Assembly: GCA_038046385.1 (NCBI GenBank)
Contig: JBBSWH010000007.1
Span: 1 to 52,770 of the forward strand
Source: Nanobdellota archaeon
GTDB taxonomy: Archaea; Nanobdellota; Nanobdellia; Woesearchaeales; GW2011-AR4
Direction: 5' to 3'
Length of the DNA: 52,770 nucleotides
How positions within the stretch are numbered: the stretch's first letter is position 1; each line of letters begins with the position of its first letter. The notes under the pieces were generated by a model. It saw only the letters and a list, made by a program, of their open reading frames with translations, had not been told where the DNA came from and ran no database searches. The translations under genes and the position numbers were made by a program. Positions 47,194 through 52,770 of the stretch are shown here, piece by piece.

Positions 47194-49748
47194 TGCCACA
47201 CCCTCAGCTCTATGACTGCCGGCCCCCACAATGAAGGGACTTTTGAAATTGTCAGGGAATTTATCTCAAGATTGTTCTCGTTAAGGCTTATGTCTATCTT
47301 GCCGTCATTGTCCATATCAAGGCTGCTAAAAAGCTGGTATGCGCCAAGATTTATAGAATCATTTTCGTCAAAATTTGCTGAAGCAAAATCACATTGTAAA
47401 GTTCCGGAATAGTCCGAAGGGACTTTTATCTGGGAAGATGTTCCGTCAGAAAATGTCAGGTTCCATATGCATCCGTTCGCCTTTGCAGCCACTGTTGAAA
47501 AGCTTACTGAATTGTCTATCAAAATTGAGTACATTGCCTTATCGTCTTCAGATCCTGCAGACAGATTGGCCTGATTAGGCCCGGAAGAGGTGCTTATATT
47601 TACAATGTTGTCGCCAGTTTGCACTTTTGCTACAGGAATATTTACAAGGAAAGGGTCTCCAAGCTCAACGTAAGATATATTATACTTGCTTAAATTAAAA
47701 ACCACATCGTTGTTAATCCCCACTCTTTCTGTCCACCTATCGCCGGAGTAAGATGTAACGGTCATCTCCGTAATATTGGCATTAGGCTGCAGGCTTATGT
47801 TTCCGGAAGTGACATTGTTTCCGAATGCTTCTGTTTCCAGAGTTATTGGAATTTTTCCAAAAACATAGGGAGAGGTTTCCGGAGTGTACCGGAGTTCCAT
47901 GTAAGAATTCGGATGCATTGTCGAGTTTACGCCTTCAACAACTGTTTTTTGCAGGCTGAACGTAAGGCTTAGCGCATTTTCAGCAATGTTATTGAATGCG
48001 CTGATAAGCTGCGATAAATTGCTGCTGTGGAAAAATGTGCCGTCGCTGCAGTCTTCTGAAATATTTTTTAGAGTTGTATTGTCTGCACCTGCCCCGATTG
48101 CAATTGAAAAAAAGGTTATGTTGTAGTTTTGATAAACGCTGCAGGCAAATTGTATGGCCTCGTTCTTCGCAGCTTCTGGAGTGCATTGCGCCTGAGGTAT
48201 GCTGTCGCACTTATCAGCAACCCCATCCCCCATAAGAATGATGTACCATTTCTTTGAAGAGTTCCCATTGGCAATTAGCCTGTCTCTTGCGCTGGCTATT
48301 GCGCATGAAAAGCAAGTATTTCCTGATTTTGTTGAATATCCGTCTATTGTATTTTTAAGCGTTACATTGTTGTTTGTAAGGTCTACAGACTGTCCAGGCT
48401 CAACCGAAGAATGGTATGAAATGAGCCCAATATTGTTCTTCATGCTTTTGTTAAGGACTAGATCAACAAATATTTTTTCCGCTATTTTTGCAACTGACAG
48501 CCTTGACAGTCCGGGAGAGTCAGGAACATCCTGCAAATCCATGCTGGTATCAACAGGAGTCCCAATATACAGATCAGTATGCTTTGCATAATCCCCGATT
48601 TTTTGTATTGAAAAATGGCCGATTCTCAATGGAACGGTTTTTCCGCTTAATTCAGAATAATCATTGCCAAAAAGGCTGTAGATTATGGAATTTTTGACTG
48701 TGACGTTGAAATTTCCGGTTATGTTGCTGCCGTAAACAGTAACGTTGCCGAAATTTACAAACAGAGGGTAGTTAGAGGTATAGTTAAGGAATATTTTCGC
48801 AGACTGCAGATTTCCTGGAACATAAAATGAAGAATACAGGTTAACAACTCCTGCAATTCCTGGAAGATGCTCTTTTTTTGTTATTAGGTTGTTTGTCGAA
48901 TTATAGTTAAAAGGAAGGTATCCTACATCTGTGCTGTTAAGGCTCACCTTAAAAAAGCCACCCCCGATATAATCAGAACTTCCGTCAAAAATTATTGTTA
49001 TTTTGTTTATTCCTGGCACAAAATTGGCAAAATATGCAGAGCTTATGTTGTATTTGTCTGCTTTTGCAGGATTGCTTTCAATATTGGTATAAAAGCCTGA
49101 TGAAATTCCATTTATCTGTAGGTCAAATCCTGAATTAAGCGCAAATTCCATGTACGCTTCGTTTATCCCGGAATAATCATCTGGAAGTATCAGGTATTGG
49201 GTTATTATTCCATCTCCGACATACCCTCCAAAATAAGAATATGCAAGTATTGTTTTGCTGCTTATGCTATTAAGTATTACTCTTGTAGAGTATCCTTCTT
49301 TCGGCTGCGTTTTTGAGACGCCGCTTATTATGTTTCTTGACGTTACAAGTGAATTGCTAATGGGCAGGTTTCTGGAATATATCTCCTCTCCGTCAACTAA
49401 GACGCTAAACCCAAGATTTCCGGGTATAAGCCCTTCTAAAATTTCCCTTGTAAAATTGTATGAAAGCTCATCCTGTCCGTTTGCCCAGAAGTCTCCTATC
49501 TGCTCCAGCACTGTGTTATTTATTTTTTCTATGTCGCCTGATACAATCAGGCTTTGAGTATACTCATTGTTTAGCTCCCCTACCTTCATCGTCGACAATA
49601 TGCTCACTATATCATGCGATGCGTAGTTTATGCTAGTGGTTTCCGGCTTTGAAGAATAGAAGCCGAATAAAAGGAGTATTGAAAGTATTATTATTCCAGA
49701 TGCAAGCAGCGCGTCTATCGTAAAGAAAATTCCCTTCCTTAGTGCCAT
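47190..49748 (-). CDS. Large pilin-like protein with vWA domain
   Basis: RKG|IFFTIDALLA; vWA elements IGLISY, GNTC, ILMGDG, FSIAIG. Confidence 0.78.
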   Translation of the reverse strand: MALRKGIFFTIDALLASGIIILSILLLFGFYSSKPETTSINYASHDIVSILSTMKVGELNNEYTQSLIVSGDIEKINNTVLEQIGDFWANGQDELSYNFTREILEGLIPGNLGFSVLVDGEEIYSRNLPISNSLVTSRNIISGVSKTQPKEGYSTRVILNSISSKTILAYSYFGGYVGDGIITQYLILPDDYSGINEAYMEFALNSGFDLQINGISSGFYTNIESNPAKADKYNISSAYFANFVPGINKITIIFDGSSDYIGGGFFKVSLNSTDVGYLPFNYNSTNNLITKKEHLPGIAGVVNLYSSFYVPGNLQSAKIFLNYTSNYPLFVNFGNVTVYGSNITGNFNVTVKNSIIYSLFGNDYSELSGKTVPLRIGHFSIQKIGDYAKHTDLYIGTPVDTSMDLQDVPDSPGLSRLSVAKIAEKIFVDLVLNKSMKNNIGLISYHSSVEPGQSVDLTNNNVTLKNTIDGYSTKSGNTCFSCAIASARDRLIANGNSSKKWYIILMGDGVADKCDSIPQAQCTPEAAKNEAIQFACSVYQNYNITFFSIAIGAGADNTTLKNISEDCSDGTFFHSSNLSQLISAFNNIAENALSLTFSLQKTVVEGVNSTMHPNSYMELRYTPETSPYVFGKIPITLETEAFGNNVTSGNISLQPNANITEMTVTSYSGDRWTERVGINNDVVFNLSKYNISYVELGDPFLVNIPVAKVQTGDNIVNISTSSGPNQANLSAGSEDDKAMYSILIDNSVSFSTVAAKANGCIWNLTFSDGTSSQIKVPSDYSGTLQCDFASANFDENDSINLGAYQLFSSLDMDNDGKIDISLNENNLEINSLTISKVPSLWGPAVIELRVWQ

Positions 49749-50308
49749 ACATACACCACCATCTTGATAATGCTGGAATTATGCCCAATGTAGCGTTCGT
49801 TCTTTGCAAGCTCTGTCTTTGATGTGATATTTATCGGAGCACAGTTTCCCCCTATGGGATCGCTGATTACACTTGGCTTTCCTGTGCCGCATGTCCCATT
49901 TATGTTCAATACAGTATTGTTGCTGTCAGCAAAAAAAACAAGATAATCATTTGTTGTGCCGAATTTTATCCTGGAAAATGTGTAATCAAGGCTGTGAAAC
50001 TGGTTTAGCTTTGTAATGTTAAGCAGGTTGTTGTCTGCAATTCCTATCCTGAGCACAGTTGTATTTGTCCAGTCTGTCGGATACCCTGATAGGAGCAATT
50101 GCGAAGATATTGACTGTGCATCTGAAACTGTTTTTGCCAGTGTTCCCTCTTCCTTGCTCTGGAAGTTGCTTGTCTGCGTGAAAAAAAAGACAAGTGAAAA
50201 AACAAAAATGAGGAATGCTGCCAGAAAATCAAGATACCATGCCTGGCCTGAACGCGAGCCTGCGGAACGTTCTCTTAAGCATCTTTCTTTAGTTGATATA
50301 GATAACAC
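49739..50308 (-). CDS. Class III signal peptide (pilin-like) protein; start uncertain
   Basis: G|QAWYLDFLAAFLIF, GYPTDW; the only in-frame start is GTG at 50308. Confidence 0.7.
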   Translation of the reverse strand: MLSISTKERCLRERSAGSRSGQAWYLDFLAAFLIFVFSLVFFFTQTSNFQSKEEGTLAKTVSDAQSISSQLLLSGYPTDWTNTTVLRIGIADNNLLNITKLNQFHSLDYTFSRIKFGTTNDYLVFFADSNNTVLNINGTCGTGKPSVISDPIGGNCAPINITSKTELAKNERYIGHNSSIIKMVVYVWH

Positions 50309-50678
50309 CCCCTGTCTTGTTTATGGTGTTTGTCCCTTTTGTAAAATTTCCAATTGCGTTGGGTATTGGCAGGCTGTAGAACGCTTTTTTTGACTGGATT
50401 ATGACAGTTGAATTCTGCGTCCTTATGGAATAATTGATTGCTTCAAGATTTTCCGGGAGTTGAAACGATCTTGAATAGCCGTCCTCAACATAGGCTGCAA
50501 TCAAAATTTCCCTCTGCATTTTTAATGCAATGTCCATAACGGCATCATTTTCTTTTTTTAATCTTAAATCATTCAATTTATCAAGCGAGCCTACGCTGAA
50601 TATTATTGATATCAGGAATGCAAGCCCGATAAATATGAAAAACTCAGTGCTTACTTGTGATTTGCAATATTTTTTCAT
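50289..50678 (-). CDS. Class III signal peptide (pilin-like) protein
   Basis: KS|QVSTEFFIFIG. Confidence 0.8.
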   Translation of the reverse strand: MKKYCKSQVSTEFFIFIGLAFLISIIFSVGSLDKLNDLRLKKENDAVMDIALKMQREILIAAYVEDGYSRSFQLPENLEAINYSIRTQNSTVIIQSKKAFYSLPIPNAIGNFTKGTNTINKTGGVIYIN

Positions 50679-50681
50679 GAT

Positions 50682-51143
50682 TTAGTTAGATGTCACAAGA
50701 ACATACCCGTCTTGAGCCTTTATTGTGACTATATGCATTCCTGCTGTCTTCGGCAAGGTTCCCGTCATGTTAACGCTTGAAATCTGGACTATGTCGGTTG
50801 TTCTGCCTTTTTTTATGTTCATCCTGAACAAAACTTCTCTGTTTGAGAGGTTTGTTGAATCTATATTATCGGGGAAATTAAGCTTTAAAGTGGTTTGAGA
50901 AGGGCTTCCAAGAAAATACACTGATTCTGACGAGTCTGCTATTAATCTGGCAATCTGCAGCGCCTGCCCTGAAGCGACTGCTTCTGTTGCGTCTGAAGTA
51001 TAATTGTAATAAATAATAAGCAAAGGCAGCGCCATCAGCGTGGCAAAGCCTATTATCATCATGTATTCCACGCTGATTTGGGCTTTTTTCAGCAAGAAAG
51101 CAGGAACTCTAAAGCTCCTCCTACTAAAATTGATTCTCACCAT
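50682..51143 (-). CDS. Class III signal peptide (pilin-like) protein
   Basis: KKA|QISVEYMMIIG. Confidence 0.82.
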   Translation of the reverse strand: MVRINFSRRSFRVPAFLLKKAQISVEYMMIIGFATLMALPLLIIYYNYTSDATEAVASGQALQIARLIADSSESVYFLGSPSQTTLKLNFPDNIDSTNLSNREVLFRMNIKKGRTTDIVQISSVNMTGTLPKTAGMHIVTIKAQDGYVLVTSN

Positions 51144-51227
51144 CCTTTTTACCTAGTAAACCTTTGATTTTGAATATAAACTTTTCGTATATGGGAAAGA
51201 TAAAAGAAATAAATAGATAATAAAATC

Positions 51228-51947
51228 TCAATGCTGCATCTGCGCAATATAGCGTGTAAATAATTCGTGCATGGCATCTACAGCTGGCCTTGCTGTATCC
51301 GGAAATTTTTGTCGTCCCATTTGATCAGCCATTTCGTAAACCATTCTTTCCCTGTCTGTCTGAAATAAATCGAAGTTTTGCATCATCAGTAAGCGGCAAT
51401 AGGTTCTGGCATTTTCCCTCCATTTCGGATTTTCAAGCATTGCCTCAATAGTCCTGTCTGGAGTTCCATAATCACTAAACCGCCTGCTTTTAAGGTTATC
51501 AAAAGCAGGGCTTAGAGTTGGAACAATCGTACTTTCCCCTGAAGCAGGGTTTACCCTGGATTGGTTTATAACTGCACCCCTCATTGCAATTTGTTCGTCG
51601 GTCATTAAATAAAATACTCTCAACTGCAGTTCGTCTGAGATTGGATCATGTCCATTAGCGGATACTAATCTCCAATCGTTGTTGAAAGTTGACCATTTAT
51701 GATAGTCTCCAAGTATTGGATGGCCAAACAATTTGTAATCTTCTAGCTCTTTTGGCAAAAATGGATCCGGTAAATCACTGTCTATTCCTATTCCAGAATT
51801 TTCTCTATTGGATAATCTAACTGATTGACTTGTTTGTGGATCATCTGCAAGTTGGACTATCCCATACCCTAGCCTGATATTAGAAATATTTCTAATTAAT
51901 TTTAACGGTTCTCCCTGAATCCTCTCTGCCAATTCTGTAAAACTCAT
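51228..51947 (-). CDS. Hypothetical protein
   Basis: 239-aa ORF; TATA 30 nt upstream. Confidence 0.65.
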   Translation of the reverse strand: MSFTELAERIQGEPLKLIRNISNIRLGYGIVQLADDPQTSQSVRLSNRENSGIGIDSDLPDPFLPKELEDYKLFGHPILGDYHKWSTFNNDWRLVSANGHDPISDELQLRVFYLMTDEQIAMRGAVINQSRVNPASGESTIVPTLSPAFDNLKSRRFSDYGTPDRTIEAMLENPKWRENARTYCRLLMMQNFDLFQTDRERMVYEMADQMGRQKFPDTARPAVDAMHELFTRYIAQMQH

Positions 51948-52045
51948 AGTAATCAGTATAAAAAATGAATTTATAAATCTTTCTCCTATTACTACTAAAA
52001 AGTGATTATAGTTAGAACCAATTCAATTTCTTCCAGAATTATATT

Positions 52046-52312
52046 TTATTCCATCTTCAAAAATTCATCAATATACTTCATTACTTCTTCTTTCTTCTCA
52101 ACATTAATCGAGACCTGCTTCCCATAACTGGTTTTCTTCAGATGCAAAATGCTTTCTTTAACCAGCTCTTCCGTCATTTCTTTAGTTTTTCCTTTAATGT
52201 CCGGCGGAAAGCCTTTTTGCAGATTATCGAGAGCAGTATGGCTATGCTCAAATTTTCCTTTACGTGTCAATTTATGCAGTATTCTGCCTTTAATCTGTCC
52301 ATCTGTCCACAT
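52046..52312 (-). CDS. Small putative winged-helix protein
   Basis: 88 aa; SD-like GGTGGA; helical core plus KKTSYGKQVSIN wing-like hairpin. Confidence 0.6.
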   Translation of the reverse strand: MWTDGQIKGRILHKLTRKGKFEHSHTALDNLQKGFPPDIKGKTKEMTEELVKESILHLKKTSYGKQVSINVEKKEEVMKYIDEFLKME

Positions 52313-52377
52313 GACAAGTCCACCAAAATAGACTTTGAAAGGTAAAATTTATATATTTTGCTATTATTTTGCATCTT

Positions 52378-52704
52378 ATGGAAGATAAATCACTATTACT
52401 GGGCTTAACAGGAGACCTGCCTTTGTTCAGGATAGTTGACTTTTTACTGGATAACAAAGGAATGGATTTCAGCAAGACAGACATTGCAAAAGGAGCTGAA
52501 ATTTCCAGAGCATCCTTATTCAACTATTGGGCAGAAATTGAAAAGCACGGCATTGTAAAAACAACAAGGAGCTTTGGCAAGACAAAGCTGTACACATTAA
52601 ACAGCAAAAATCCGGTAACGCAGAAAATTATTGAGCTGGAAAAAACTCTGATTGCAGAAGCCTTGGAAAAAGCAAACAAGAAAGAGATTGTTGTTGCGCA
52701 CTGA
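52378..52704 (+). CDS. Winged-helix DNA-binding protein
   Basis: FSKTDIAKGAEISRASL...GKTKLYTLN; ATG 30 nt after the TATA box. Confidence 0.8.
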   Translation: MEDKSLLLGLTGDLPLFRIVDFLLDNKGMDFSKTDIAKGAEISRASLFNYWAEIEKHGIVKTTRSFGKTKLYTLNSKNPVTQKIIELEKTLIAEALEKANKKEIVVAH

Positions 52705-52730
52705 ATTCTGATTTTTTAAAATGACCTCCT

Positions 52731-52751
52731 CTCGCACCCTAAAGGGTGGAG
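52731..52751. mobile_element. Possible IS200/IS605-family end hairpin
   Basis: CTC(G)CACCC-TAAA-GGGTGGAG resembles IS605-type subterminal palindromes; no transposase is visible before the window ends. Confidence 0.4.
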
Positions 52752-52770
52752 TTTCCTTTAGGTAAAAGCA

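Noticed and set aside
1-52770. CRISPR array, tRNA, rRNA
   Set aside because: No regularly spaced repeats with unique spacers and no cloverleaf or rRNA signatures were seen by eye.

Overview
Chromosomal segment of an AT-rich archaeon. The evidence is TATA boxes, GGTGA Shine-Dalgarno motifs, archaeal AlaRS/NreA and class III signal peptides; DPANN/Woesearchaeota-like is my inference from gene content, not a database result. It carries housekeeping genes (alaS, metG, nfo, nreA), a VapBC pair, and an unusually rich metabolic block: ilvE, pdxST, serA-like, mdh, aspA/fumC-family, a disulfide oxidoreductase, malic enzyme, gdh, and a complete group 3b [NiFe] hydrogenase with an atypical, reduced maturation set. 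Also present are a CcdA/thioredoxin cluster, transporters and a type IV pilin-like cluster. The best unexplained signals are: (1) a ~360-nt nested inverted complementarity pairing the 3' end of nreA with the RBS and first ~36 codons of a free-standing HTH-LAGLIDADG-wHTH gene that is followed by a HEPN-like gene; (2) a Fic gene bracketed by two 37-bp palindromic sites; (3) HypC/HypA plus a DUF6390-like protein with no hypB/D/E/F in the window; (4) a family of small nested palindromic elements, some inside signal-peptide leaders. No rRNA, tRNA, CRISPR array or intact transposase was recognised. All calls are by eye.
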